This document shows positions 12,106 to 24,103 of a DNA stretch of 64,000 nucleotides, one piece after another. Position numbers and translations under genes: made by a program. The DNA is taken from the NCBI GenBank assembly GCA_020137815.1, contig CM035351.1:4774001-4838000 (forward strand). The letters are read 5' to 3'. Origin of the DNA: Hormiphora californensis (lineage: Eukaryota; Animalia; Ctenophora). The notes below the pieces were generated by a model that worked only from the letters and a program-made list of their open reading frames with translations, searched no databases and had not been told where the DNA came from. The number at the start of each line of letters is the position of its first letter. Positions within the stretch are counted from its first letter, which is position 1.

Positions 12106-13197
12106 TCAGTTAATGGTATTGTAGGACCTCAGCAGGGAGCGTGTACTGCTGAGCCTTTCTTTCACATTTTGGAGGTAACTTGATATATCATCCTCTTCAT
12201 TATCATCCAGCACCTCACTCAGTGGAACCTCATTAGAGCGTGCAACACTCTCTCCCCCATATGAGACAACTTTAATATCCCGATGTTGAACTTTAGATTC
12301 CAATATGTCCATTCGAGCTGTCAGGTTAGTCAACATGGTCCTAATCTCTCTCAACTCCTCTGAGCACCCCACACACTTCCCCACACCACTCCTCTCATTA
12401 TCATCACGCTCCACTCTATCGTGCACCACAGTGATATGATCCTCAGGTAAAACTTCAACTGTAGTTACACATGTTACAGGCTGGGGGTGATCCATCATGC
12501 CCTCTTCCACGTCGAGAGGTATGGCAAAGATCTCTCTAGCATTCTCCTCGCTATAAAGCCGTTCTTCGTCGCCAAAGAAACTCTCTCCCGCGGTGGGAAA
12601 ACTCTCCTGAGCAGTGGGATTGGGGACTGATTGTTTTGGTTCACAAACAGTGCTGTTCAGGGTAGGCATGATATCAAAATCTGGGGAAGATGTAGTTTTC
12701 TCAATGACTTGATGGTAGATATGCTGGATATTGTTCTCAGGAATAATTGATTGGTGATTCTCCTTGTTGGTATTTGGACATGATTTTCTTTCATTCTCCC
12801 TTGTCATTGTATTGCCTAGAACCCTTCGTTTCTTCTTCCCATACCTACCCTGGATAAGAGCAAACACTTCATTTGTTAACACTAGTTTCTGCTCTGCGTA
12901 GCCTGTTGAGAGGAACTTCGGCACTGTCAGTTTTGGTACAAACGACATATCATCCCTGAGAATCTTGTACAACGAATCTAAAAACTGTTTATCTGATTTA
13001 CCGCCCAACTGAAAACCAGACGCCTGTAATTTCTTCGCAAAGTTGAGTGAATAGTCTTTGATGATAAACCGTAGCAAGGGCATGAATTCGGCGGTGTAGC
13101 CTGCGAGAAGATTGGTATAATTCACATTGTGTGGGTAGTGGACGGTTCGAAGTAGTGACTGGAGTCTTGTTCCTTGGTTCCTCAGATCACCAGACAT
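12106..13197 (-). CDS. CEP44: Centrosomal protein of 44 kDa (intronless CDS)
   Basis: N-terminus MSGDLRNQGTRLQSLLRTVHYP...GKSDKQFLDSLYKILRDDMSFVPKLTVPKFLSTGYAEQKL matches the CEP44 N-terminal domain pattern; C-terminal coiled coil (LTNLTARMDILE). ATG at 13197 follows TTAG. Confidence 0.88.
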   Translation of the reverse strand: MSGDLRNQGTRLQSLLRTVHYPHNVNYTNLLAGYTAEFMPLLRFIIKDYSLNFAKKLQASGFQLGGKSDKQFLDSLYKILRDDMSFVPKLTVPKFLSTGYAEQKLVLTNEVFALIQGRYGKKKRRVLGNTMTRENERKSCPNTNKENHQSIIPENNIQHIYHQVIEKTTSSPDFDIMPTLNSTVCEPKQSVPNPTAQESFPTAGESFFGDEERLYSEENAREIFAIPLDVEEGMMDHPQPVTCVTTVEVLPEDHITVVHDRVERDDNERSGVGKCVGCSEELREIRTMLTNLTARMDILESKVQHRDIKVVSYGGESVARSNEVPLSEVLDDNEEDDISSYLQNVKERLSSTRSLLRSYNTIN

Positions 13198-13459
13198 CCC
13201 TAAGAGTTTTTTATACAAATACAAATACAAATATACATTTATTGTCCGCTTTTCATTGTCTCAAAACGTGCCAAATTTAGTATACAGTACACAGCGTACT
13301 GACAAAACTTTTCTGATGACAAGTTTAAGCAGTAAAATAATTGGCATATGCCACAGGCCCCGTGCGGGATAATACAGAGATTTCCAAAATTGAAATCAAC
13401 AAAGTTTCACGTGAAAAAAGTTTGGCAAACCGCAAACGTTGCTGGCCCCCAGCGCGGGA

Positions 13460-13755
13460 TAGGGATCCCTAAAAAAGTTCAGTATTTACACAGAGTTTAC
13501 ACAGTCTTTACACAGTCATTACACCCAGAGCGCCCGCGCCGCTCTGGGTGTAAAGACTGCGTCTTTCGCACTCGATTTGCAGCGTTTTCGGAAACTTTTT
13601 TCGCCGCAGCGCTCAATTTACTCAATTGTGCAGCACACAATCCAATATTTTCTTAGAAAAAGCCGCAAAACGCAGCACGCGCCGCTCTGGGTGTAATGAC
13701 TGTGTAAAGACTGTGTAAACTCTGTGTAAATACTGAACTTTTTTAGGGATCCCTA
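13460..13755. mobile_element. MITE family A (long TIRs, TA ends; Tc1/mariner-type non-autonomous)
   Basis: ~70-bp inverted repeats starting TAGGGATCCCTAAAAAAGTTCAGTATTTACACAG and ending CTGTGTAAATACTGAACTTTTTTAGGGATCCCTA; related copy at 19226-19563. Confidence 0.85.
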
Positions 13756-14079
13756 TAAGGCAGCGCTTTTCAAGAAAAAAGTGAAACTTTGCATATAGTA
13801 GGGTTTCTTAATTTCGCGCGCAGTAGTGAAATTCGTAAATGGATTTGCGCGTGCAAGTGCGCGGCTCTTTCTGAGCGAGAAGTTCGTCCAAAGCCGAGCC
13901 GAACCAAAAATGTTTCATTTCCACTTTGGTGGATTTTGATACATTTGATCCGGACGCTCTTGGCAATTTCTTTCTGATTTCTATCAATTTCTTTACCTTC
14001 TGTTTTATTTGTGCCATATTTGATTGCAATCTTATTAATTTATCGCTTCCCACAATTTGCTGCTTTTAAATCACTTCTT

Positions 14080-14650
14080 CCTCCTACTAGACAACTTCCC
14101 ACCTTGGAGCCCCCTTCTGTACTTCCTCTAGAGTTTGGACTTAGGCCTCTCCTGGGCACCTCTTTGCACCCTCCCTTGTACCTGTTTGTACATCCTCCTT
14201 CCTGAGTCTTTTGTGTATCCTTTTGCCATCTGTGGTACCTGCTTCTACATTCTCCCTCGCTCCTGGGTAGTGGCCAGTGGGTATATCTTTCTGCTCTCTC
14301 CCTTGGCCCGGTTAACCTCTTCCTGCACTCTCCCCTTTCCGAGTACCACCTTCCCTCCGTACCCTAGGTACTTCCTTCTGCACCCCAGCCCGGCCCTGGG
14401 TCTTTCCTTCTGCATTCTCTCTTGGCCCACCTTTCATGCACACCCAGCACCCTTCCTCTTTATGGTACCTGCTTCTTCATCCCCCTCCTGGGTACCTCCT
14501 TCAGCCTTCTGTACCCTTACTCCTTCATACCTGCTTCTACATCCTCCCCCTTTTGGGTAACTTCTTTTGCATCCCCCTTTTTGGTACCTGCTTCTACATC
14601 GTCTCTCCTCGGTACCTACTTTTGAACCCTCCTTCCTTGTTACTATACCT
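14080..14650. repeat. Degenerate pyrimidine-rich tandem repeat (GGTACCTGCTTCTACATCC core)
   Basis: Core motif recurs at ~14233, 14464, 14528, 14583 with variable spacers. Confidence 0.6.
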
Positions 14651-15449
14651 ATCCCCTCTATTTATAATTATCCTTTAATCCCTAAATTTCTTATTTATAA
14701 CTGGATGTATTTAATAGTTTAATGCTGCAAACGGAAAACTTAAAAGTAGGAATTAAATGTGATGTGTACGGATGTCGGATGTGTAATGTCTACAAAGAGG
14801 AAAAGTCTTCTTCTTTTCTCTCGGGGAATCATTACAAAAGAGGTACTGTTACTACTAATTACTAAATTCTGTACCAGCTAATGTTGCAAGAAACCCCAAT
14901 TAATCGAATCACGATCGATAAACAGACTATTATAATACATGTTCACCATTTTTGTAGCTAGGTACATCACCATGTCTATAAACCATCTTTGCCCCATCCA
15001 GGTACCAACTGATATGATAAACATGGGAATCTAGCTTTCACCGCAGTAACGATTAGACGTTGGCCAACTAGTATGTGGCTGGGATATTTTCCGAAAAGAG
15101 AACTGGACTGGACGCGTGAACTACACTCATCTTCATAACCAAGAAGGTTAGTTGTCAAATCGTCCCTTCCCAAATCCCTCCCGAGTTCCATTCTCTTCCC
15201 AGTTATTTATTCTATTCTCCTCCCAGTTATTTATTACATTTCTATTTAGTATTTATCTTAATTACATGCTATTCAACATGGAGGTTTAATGATTTTGATA
15301 GAGAAATCTGTCTCCCTCTGTCGTTCGCTTTCAGATGTCTTCTCTCTATCTCTTGCTCTATCTCTAGCTCTATTTCGGAGAGCGAACTGTATTGACATGT
15401 TTCTGGCCCACCCTGTATCTCCATCTTGTTATGTTCTAACCCTCCTAGG

Positions 15450-16600
15450 AAAGAGGTTCGAGCAAGGCCATCTCCATTTCTGCTCTCGTGGAAGCCACTA
15501 AGTTACTACCATCCAGGCACCTCGAAACTAGGAAACTCCACTACCCTAACCTAGATAGGGGTTTCACGGTACATATAGATGATGGGTTGCAGATCACAGC
15601 GGGACAGGAATTGGGGGAAAGCAGTGCCGTTGTCTTCTACACTGATGGGTCCCTGTTTCCAGATACGGGAGAAGCTGGGTGTGGGTGGGTGCGTTATGAT
15701 GTCCTGGGAGATATGACTCAGAAAGGACTAACACTGTCCAAAGGGTCCTCTATCTACCAGGCAGAGTTAATGGCGATACTGTCAGCCGCAAACTATGAAA
15801 TAGGTATGGGACCTGGAAGCCCCGAGGCCAAAACGTTCATTTTCTCTGACTGTCAGGCTGCTCTGCACGCCCTCACCAAACCCCTACTCCATACCCAGTT
15901 AGAGGCAGACACCGTCAGGGCGCTTAATCGCCTGAGTGACAGCAAAGCGGGACCCATAAAACTTCACTGGGTCAGGGGCCATATGGGTTGCCACGGTAAC
16001 GAGCTAGCCGACCAAACGGCGAAGACTGCGGCCAGGAACACGACTGAGGTACCAGTCCAACTGCCAGTTACAAAAGCACAGGTGTCCAAGAGGCTGCATG
16101 AACAGGAACGAGGGCGTGTGCGAACCTTGTTCAGCAAACTCCCTCCATCATCAAACAAACTGAGGGAGTTGGCCATTAACATCAAGCTGGTGCCATCAAA
16201 ATTGAGCAGGAACATGATCTGTAAAATCGCAGCAGTCGTTAATAACAGGGCACCGTTAAGGATCGGACTCACATTATATACTGGTCTGGACCCCACTTGC
16301 CCAAGGTGTGGATTGGAGCCAGAGGATAACTATCACGTACTGGGGACATGCCCAGCTCTCCACCAGGCTCGGTCTAAATGTTTCGGCTCCCCAGTGTTAC
16401 CCATCTCCAGTATTGTCACCTGCAAGGCGGCTGCTATCGCCTCCTTCCTGACCACTATCGGACTCTAATCGTAACCGCCGTTTTTTTGGCTGAGGGTTGT
16501 AATAGACTTGTTTTTTCCCGTTGGCACCTTCCTAGATCGTGTGGGTGGGTACGTGTTGGGTATTTCTTTGAGGTGCTGTTTTATTGCTTTCTTATTCCAT
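15450..16600 (+). mobile_element. 5'-truncated non-LTR retrotransposon 3' end with RNase H and C-terminal CCHC zinc knuckle (I/R1/LOA/Ingi-type)
   Basis: ORF 15488-16468 has RNase H motifs FYTDGS, SIYQAEL, IFSDCQAAL, LHWVRGHMGCHGNELADQTAK, then CPRCGLEPEDNYHVLGTC; no RT upstream; element boundaries approximate. Confidence 0.85.
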
Positions 16601-17599
16601 TTCTTTCTTAGTAACTAGGTGTTTCCTTTCTTCTTCTCTCTCACCCCCCAATTTATCACCCGGTTCGGTGGCTGCTAGCAATTGGCTGGCTAGCAAATGG
16701 GCGAACACTCTAACCCATTCGCTAGAACAGTATCTCATGTAAAATTTGGACCTAGTGGCATCACGCAACTCACTCCAAGCCATAGTATTAACCTTCTCAA
16801 CCAAGATCAGTATCACTCAATACCACATTGCCCCGACTTTTCCCGCAACAGTTCCGGGTTGTAGGACAATACTAGACAAAAGACTGTTTATTAGTGTCAA
16901 ACAACTGGGAACTAGCAATACCTCCTCCCATCCCTTACTTCCCAACCCCTCCCGTCCCCAACCCACCCCCCCCCCCCCCCCCCATTGCCCTACCATCCTA
17001 CCGAGTCCTCACCCGGGTGCGTTTCCTGCTCAATCTAGGCCGCTACGCGGCCTAGATCTCGCCCCAGAAGTACTCGGTAAGGCGGGGCAACTCCCCCTGC
17101 TTGCTTCCCCCCCACCCAGTTCGTCAGTCTGTCTGAAACCTATCACAGGTGCCCTACGGCGCAGTGTAGAGGCCGTGCCCGAAACCACGACAGCAACTTT
17201 GTTTGACAAAACTGCTCTGCATGTTATCGAGATTGTTAACATACACTAGTGATTAAGTGAGTCAGACAGTGCCGGTTTGAGAAAAACTGGGGTCAAACAA
17301 GGGTCAGCGTTGAGAGCTGTTACTTTCTAGTGTAACACCAACAGAGATGGTCTATTACCAAGAAAGGGGAATATGCCGCACAGAGGAAGAAAAAAAAAAG
17401 AAAAAAAAAAAGGCCATCTCCATCGCTATCTCTCTATCTCTATCTCTCCATCCCTTTGATCTATTTCTCCATACCGGGTATGGTGTAGACTGTAGGTCTC
17501 TCCGATTGTCTCTGTATTTCTCTCTGTATCTCCTATCTCTATTCTCTCTCGCCACCCCCTCCCGCTCTCCTCTCTCTCTCTCTCTCTCTCTCTCCTCTC

Positions 17600-17639
<40 letters not shown>

Positions 17640-17655
17640 CTCTCTCTCTCTCCCC

Positions 17656-17721
<66 letters not shown>

Positions 17722-17856
17722 AGTCTCCCTCACCACTGTATTCTTTCAGGAAAACTCATCACAGAACGGCGCTCAGTTGGAACGGCCGGAATACCTGGGT
17801 GGAAGGGTAAAATATCTGCAATGAGAGGTGTATCCTGCTTCTCAAAGATCCCTTTC

Positions 17857-18162
17857 GAAGTTATGGACTCTCTAAACGAGAAGCCTGTGATCTCCAAGTG
17901 TTCTAGAGTGGTTGCTGCTGCTGATGGAAAAGTGAGACCTGTCGTTGTCTCTCTGAACTCCAGGGAAACTCTGATTTCTCTCCTGAGGAAGGCGAGGGAG
18001 CTCAAGACTACTACGGCCTACTCCAAGGTGTTTCTGGAGCCTGATCGGACTCTAGAGTAGAGGGTTGAGAGAAAGAGAACTTTAAAGACTTTGAGTGAGT
18101 TGAGAAGGTCGCATCCTGAGGGACGTTATTTGATTATGGGTGGAGTAATACAGTGTGTGTAG
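17857..18162 (+). pseudogene. Fragment of LINE ORF1-like C-terminal region with in-frame stop
   Basis: KVRPVVVSLNSRETLISLLRKARELK...KVFLEPDRTLE*RVERKRT...RYLIMGGVIQCV* resembles L2/CR1-group ORF1 C-termini; internal TAG at 18058-18060. Confidence 0.65.
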
Positions 18163-18546
18163 GACTCTGGGTGTCGCCTGTCATATCGGGATTATTCCTG
18201 TGTTGGCGAAGCCCTTGAATGAGTGTTTGAAATATTTGAACTTTCATTGTTTTCCGTACTCATTCGATCTAAATGTTGACCCCGAAGACAAGGAACAAAT
18301 ATAATACCGCCAAAGTGATGTGGAAATTAAATCTTGTTCCAGATAAAAACATGGGTGGGGTGAACAGTTTGATCACAAAGGACCGTTTTATAATTATGAA
18401 TGTGTGGATGTTATTAATTGTTGATATTTTCCGTCTATTTGAACAATGAACTGTGCACCATTTTATTATGCATGTCAGTTTAAATTATTAGTAAACAATT
18501 ACAAGAACAGTGTGGTTGAATCATTGAAACATGTTTGTAATTATCC

Positions 18547-18629
<83 letters not shown>

Positions 18630-19225
18630 CTTACTCTTTCCCTCTCTGTATACAAACATGTTTCATTTTGTGTTTAATAACGGAATACTGGAACTTGGAA
18701 ATGGTCTTAAAATGAGGAAGAAATTCATAAACATGGTTACGGCACTTGTCAGCGCATTTCTTAGCTGTTTCCATGAGACCTCCTTCCTTTGTCCTTGAAC
18801 AAGGTGTCCTGCTTGGCGCGCACGGTACATATTGGTGCGCGCGGTATAAAAGTACAGATGAAAGTCAAAAGGTGACAGCATTTGAAACGTAGACAATTTA
18901 TTGGTTTTGGCGGGGGTTTGGCCCAGGTTCCAAAATCCTAATTTCGAACCTATTTCATCCAATTTTTTTACTGAATCTTGTTCGCAGAGTGATTTTGAAC
19001 ACTGTGCTTTTTACTAGACCAAAATCCGATGTGTCAATCAGGAATAAGGGGCATTTATATCGTTTGACTGGCAATTAGACCTTAATTGACTCCTAGTGAC
19101 CAATTTACCCAGTCACGCGTATATTTCTGGTAATTCACATGACTTCTAACAAGTTTCTTAACCATTTCCAAGGATAAAATAGGGGGGTAAAATTCGTGAC
19201 TGGATCAGATTAGGGTCCCTACTAA

Positions 19226-19563
19226 TAGGGATCCCTAAAAAAGTTCAGTATTTACACAGCGTGATTGGCTGAAATTTCTGACGATGGAAAATTTAAGCCA
19301 ATCACAGCACAGATTTCAAAATTTTTCTTCCCACGCTACCGTGGGAAAAACTGAAATGGCTTAACTGGTGTAAACTCTGTGTAAATACTGAACTTTTTTA
19401 AAGTCGGATTTTTTGAAGTTGTCACCCCCCTTTTCGTGCGCGGAATGTTTTTGCGCGTCACATCACATGTTAACGTGTGGTATGCGCGTCAAAATTGATA
19501 AATTTCACATGCGCGGTCATTTTGGGGTGACAACTTCAAAAAATCCGACTTTAGGGATCCCTA
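19226..19563. mobile_element. MITE family A copy interrupted in its right TIR by a family B MITE
   Basis: Left TAGGGATCCCTAAAAAAGTTCAGTATTTACACAG at 19226; right TIR split at 19400/19552 by the insertion. Confidence 0.85.
19401..19551. mobile_element. 151-bp MITE family B (TA TSD)
   Basis: TIRs AAGTCGGATTTTTTGAAGTTGTCACCCC; TA duplicated at 19399-19400 and 19552-19553. Confidence 0.9.
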
Positions 19564-22138
19564 TTTTTTATTTGGAAGATTTTGAAAATTTTAATGTTTA
19601 TGATCATCCAAATGCAGCGTTTTTAGCTATTTCTTTCGCGCGTTACAAATAAAAAGGTAAGCGCGCTTTTTAATGAACACATCGCTGCACAAACGATTTT
19701 TCAATATTATTTCGGAAATTTTCTCACGCGGTTTTTTAAACTATCTTTTTTTCTCGAAAAGCATTGGGGCTGGCGTACGCTGCAGTCCTCCAGTCGGCCG
19801 ACGGCCCATCAAGCTCCTGGATGTCTGGGACAGGGGCGGCAGCGCTGGTCAGAGGGATGTGAAGCGAAACTCCCCACAACCGGGACCCAGGGGCCGGGGG
19901 GGGGGGGGGGGGGGCTCTTGGAGCGAACTGCGAAGGCTGTTGAGACTTGAGGATGACAGAGGAGACGTCTACTTATTAATGTGTGTAGGGGCCAGTGCGA
20001 CCTGATACAGGTGACTGCAGTGTAGGCCAACATTTCCCTTGGTAGGTTTTTTTAAATTCATCGTACAATTTTGGACTGCAAGAGTGGTGCTCGTAACATT
20101 CTTATGTGGTTTTATGTTCGCTGAGCTGAACGTGTTTTTTAATTTACTTTAATTTTTATAGGAGGCTTAGTATTTTAATGTATCCGGTGTTTCACAAATT
20201 CTTGAACTGTACTGAACTGCATGCGCCAAGCGAATAGTTTCCAGGAAACTGGGGGAGGCTGTTTGACGAACTTTACATAGACTATTGTTTAAACATGCAA
20301 ATGATATCAAGATCTCAGATACAGAATATCAACAGCCTTACCGGCTGACCGTTTAGACCATCTTCTTTTGTCACTCAACCTCTAAAATTGTATTATGGTA
20401 GCCATATATATATTATACAAAGACGTGTTCATGTGAACTGTTTTTGTAGAAAACTACAATCCCATCCTACACTCGGAAAGGCATGTAGGAGCAGAAATGA
20501 AGAAGGTGTCAGCAGCACAAGCAGAAGCGGTGCTTGTGATAGATGTTATTAGGGGTGGTAATATGCTGTGGGTTTTAGTTTTTCTATACTTGACCTTTAA
20601 CAAATTGGTGAAAAAATGGTGTCACGCCGGTCTGGTGTATTGAATTGGTAAATACTGTGTAAATACCTACTGAAATGTTTGAGGGATCCCTACCATTTTG
20701 GGCAAGTTGTTTGGTCTCATCTATCACCGTCCACTCTTCAACGTACTTCTGGGTTACACTCACTTTCTTCTTCTTCACCTGGGACATGGGGTGTTTAAAT
20801 GTTCTAACAGAGTCGAGCAAGGCAAGGGCCAAGGAGTGATTTAGTTGGAAAATCTTTCACTAAGCATTATCATGATTATTCTACACACATTTCTCTTTTG
20901 ATTAACTTCATTTTCTAAAATTTAACCATCTCCCTTGTTATGTTTTAACCCTCCTTTACATTTGTTTCGCCGTGAGATAGGGTCGAACAAGGCAACCATC
21001 TCCCAACTACCACATTACACTTTGAATACAAATCCCAGATTTCTTCTTTCTCTGCAGATCACCCACCTTGAAGCTGGTTCGTTTCTTTACCCCGCTCAAC
21101 ACGGGTGTTCCCTGGCGTAGTTTGCACGGTAAATTGATACCATGCTGCTCAAAATTAATACGGTTCACGTCGTATGCCTGTGGGGGAGAGTGGTTAAATG
21201 ATGTGGTTAAATGGCCTGGTAATGACCTAAATTGGGAAACCAACGTCAGAGGGGGTAATTTGTTGGAGTTTTTACCAATGTTTGAATAGATTGAGTCGGA
21301 GATCCTCGCCGTGAGTTTGGTGCAGATTGGGTAACCAGAAATTGGTTTTGGCTTAGTTGCTTTCTTGGGAGTTCCCTTCTGAAACAAGGGTATTATTTGG
21401 TTACGTTGAGGGGTAATTCCGTTACCAAGGGTACTATCGGTTATAACAGGTCTCATGAGATGTGTTGTACACTTGTCAGGCACTGACGTACTGTATCATC
21501 TCGCACTTTGCCTTCGGCCCGGTGCGGAGAGGACAGTTATATATGAAACAATTGAAGACATGCATACACAATTAAACGCACACGTTACACACATTGTCAC
21601 ACAAGCAGGGTGTGTAACATACAATGCAATATGCCCGGCTAGCATGGATAATTGATGTTTTCTAGATGGTCTGTTAAAAATCCCAAATTTCTCAAAACCA
21701 TATGTTGCTGATCGGCAGATAGTTTACCCATCAGCGGGGAAACGGAAGACATATATTCAAACAAATTATATATAATGCGAGTTCTGTGGGAGAGTATTAA
21801 AAATAGGAGTTATACTGAATGTCGCAACATTATGCCTTACAGACAGACCACCATATTTTAGAACAGGCTAAGTGATTTGATTTCTTTGATCTAACAATGC
21901 CTCTCTGCCTCTCGATATATAGCAGGAGAAGAGATGGTAGTTGCTGACAAGGTGGGAGTGTGCGTTTTACTGTCGTTTAAAAAGCAGGAATTTGGGAGAG
22001 AGGGAGAGATAGAAGGAGAGATAGAAAGAGAGATAGAGAGAGGGAGAGAGAAAGCTATGACAAATAGGAAATATGAAAATAAAACATAAACAGAGAAAGA
22101 GAAAGAATGGAAAATGCATGAAAAAAGAGGGAACTTAC

Positions 22139-22356
22139 TTGAACGTTTCTTTGACCTCCCGATCTTCCGAATCTTCCTCCTCATCCTCCTCAATCTTCCT
22201 TTCTTCTATCTTCTTTTCCTCTTTCTTCTTTTCCTCTTTCTTCCTTTCCTCTTTCTTCTTTTCCTCTTTCTTCTTCTTCTCTTGCTCTCCCTCCTCTGGG
22301 AGCAGTATGGTTGGTGACACTGGCATGTTAGGTTCCTTCTGTGGTTCCTCAGACAT
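22139..22356 (-). CDS. Probable first coding exon of an unidentified K/E-rich protein
   Basis: ATG at 22356, reading MSEEPQKEPNMPVSPTILLPEEGEQEKKKKEE..., ends at strong donor AA|GTAAGT; downstream exons (21.0-22.0 kb) could not be assembled confidently. Confidence 0.35.
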
Positions 22357-22487
22357 TTAAATGTGCACGTATAGCAGAACAAGCAGTGTACAAAGCAAAG
22401 AGAGTGTGCGGACTAATATGCGTGCGTGAAATAGAAATTTAAAACCTCCCCAACCTCTCCTTCGGTTGCTGTTATCAGACGGAAAAC

Positions 22488-22541
<54 letters not shown>

Positions 22542-23027
22542 GAGAGAGTGAGAGAGAGAGTGAGAGAGAGCTAGAGAGAGAGGGAGAGAGAGAGAGTGAG
22601 AGAGAGAGAGAACGAGAAAGAAAGAGAGAGAGGGTGGGAGGGACAGGGAGAGATGGAGGCCGAGGGAGGTCTGCTATCACGCGATGTGTGTCTCCCTCCT
22701 CTTCTTTCTCTCACATCGATAATTCCCTCTCCCTCCTCGATGTTCCATTTTTGGTGTCAACTGTGCTTGCAACACTTTGACTTCCATTCCCTTCAGTGTC
22801 TTATCATATTGATATCCTTAAATAAGATGCAGCAATTTATATTCGATTACAATAACGGTTATTCATTAGCAATTATTAGTTTCTTATCTAACAATTATTA
22901 CAGACAAAATCAACCTATTTAGAAGCGATAAGATGCTCTGACTATCTAAGCGGACTTGTAACAAAATTTCCCAAGATTAACACTAACATCTTCCATCTAG
23001 GAGCATGTAACAAAATGTCCCAAGAAG

Positions 23028-23681
23028 ATGGCCCTCATGTTTCTCCTTACCACGTTCGCTAACTTAGCAAACGCCAACAACAGAACAGATCATGATCAGG
23101 TATTGAAGTGTATTTCAGTTTATTGCAGTGTATTGTAATGTATTGTAGTAGGTATTGAAATATGTATTGTATTGTAGTAGGTATTGTAGTAGGTATTGTA
23201 GTGATTGAGAGATTGCATTGTTATTTATTATGATCAGGCAAGCATGCTGCATGTCTAGAAAGTAGAGAGATTTGGGTGAATGCCAATAAATTATAACTCT
23301 ATATTCTTCCTTTGACAGGTAGAGCTGAGTCTAATAATATTTGGAATATCCCTGGGAGTCGTTATAATGGCTGCTATTTATGGTAAGTGTGTGTGGTGGT
23401 TAGTTACAACTTACAAGTACATCGTTATAGTACATATAGCTTAAAGAATTATGGGAAATATCCTTATTTGTCAAAATCTTTCAAATCCCATATATTCCTG
23501 AGTTCCAAGAAAACCACTTTCATTCGAATATTTAACCGCGTACATTTTCTCGTGCTATAGTGTTCTCTCTCCCCCTAATAACTACCTATTTCCCAATCTC
23601 TCATCTCTCTCCCGCACAGGTAACGCTATGGTGTGTACAGTATTGCTGCGGGACAAGCGATTAACTGAGCACAACGAGTAG
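23028..23681 (+). CDS. 3-exon 65-aa microprotein: signal peptide, N-glycosylation site and a class-A GPCR-like TM1/ICL1
   Basis: Exons 23028-23099, 23319-23382, 23620-23681 join in phase (0,1) with canonical GT-AG sites: MALMFLLTTFANLANANNRTDHDQVELSLIIFGISLGVVIMAAIYGNAMVCTVLLRDKRLTEHNE*. Confidence 0.65.
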
Positions 23682-23952
23682 CAGGGCTGCAGGGATGTAC
23701 TGTATTGTGTGCGTGTATGTGTGTATTAGCGAACCCCTCTCTTGTTCAGGCAACAAGAGAAAAAGAGAGAGAAATAGAGAATGAGACATTAATATTAACT
23801 CAGAAAGACAATGTGTAGTTTATATATGTTTGTTGTGAACAAGATATATTATATTCGTAGTTCTATATGCAGTTCAGTTTCATGGGTGAACAAGAAAAGA
23901 GAGAGAGAGCTTATTGTATTAACCCTGCTTACAGCCTGATATATAATGTATA

Positions 23953-24103
23953 AAGTCGGATTTTTTGAAGTTGTCACCCCCAAATGACCGCGCATGTGAA
24001 ATTTATAAATTTTGACGCGCACACCACACGTTAACATGTGATGTGACGCGCAAAAACATTCCGCGCACGAGAAGGGGGGTGACAACTTCAAAAAATCCGA
24101 CTT
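23953..24103. mobile_element. 151-bp MITE family B, opposite orientation to 19401-19551
   Basis: Same TIRs and length; TA at 23951-23952 and 24104-24105; near-identical internal sequence. Confidence 0.9.

Noticed and set aside
16746-17249. 167-aa Pro-rich ORF downstream of the RNase H fragment
   Set aside because: Non-ATG start, spans a poly-C run, no recognisable domain.
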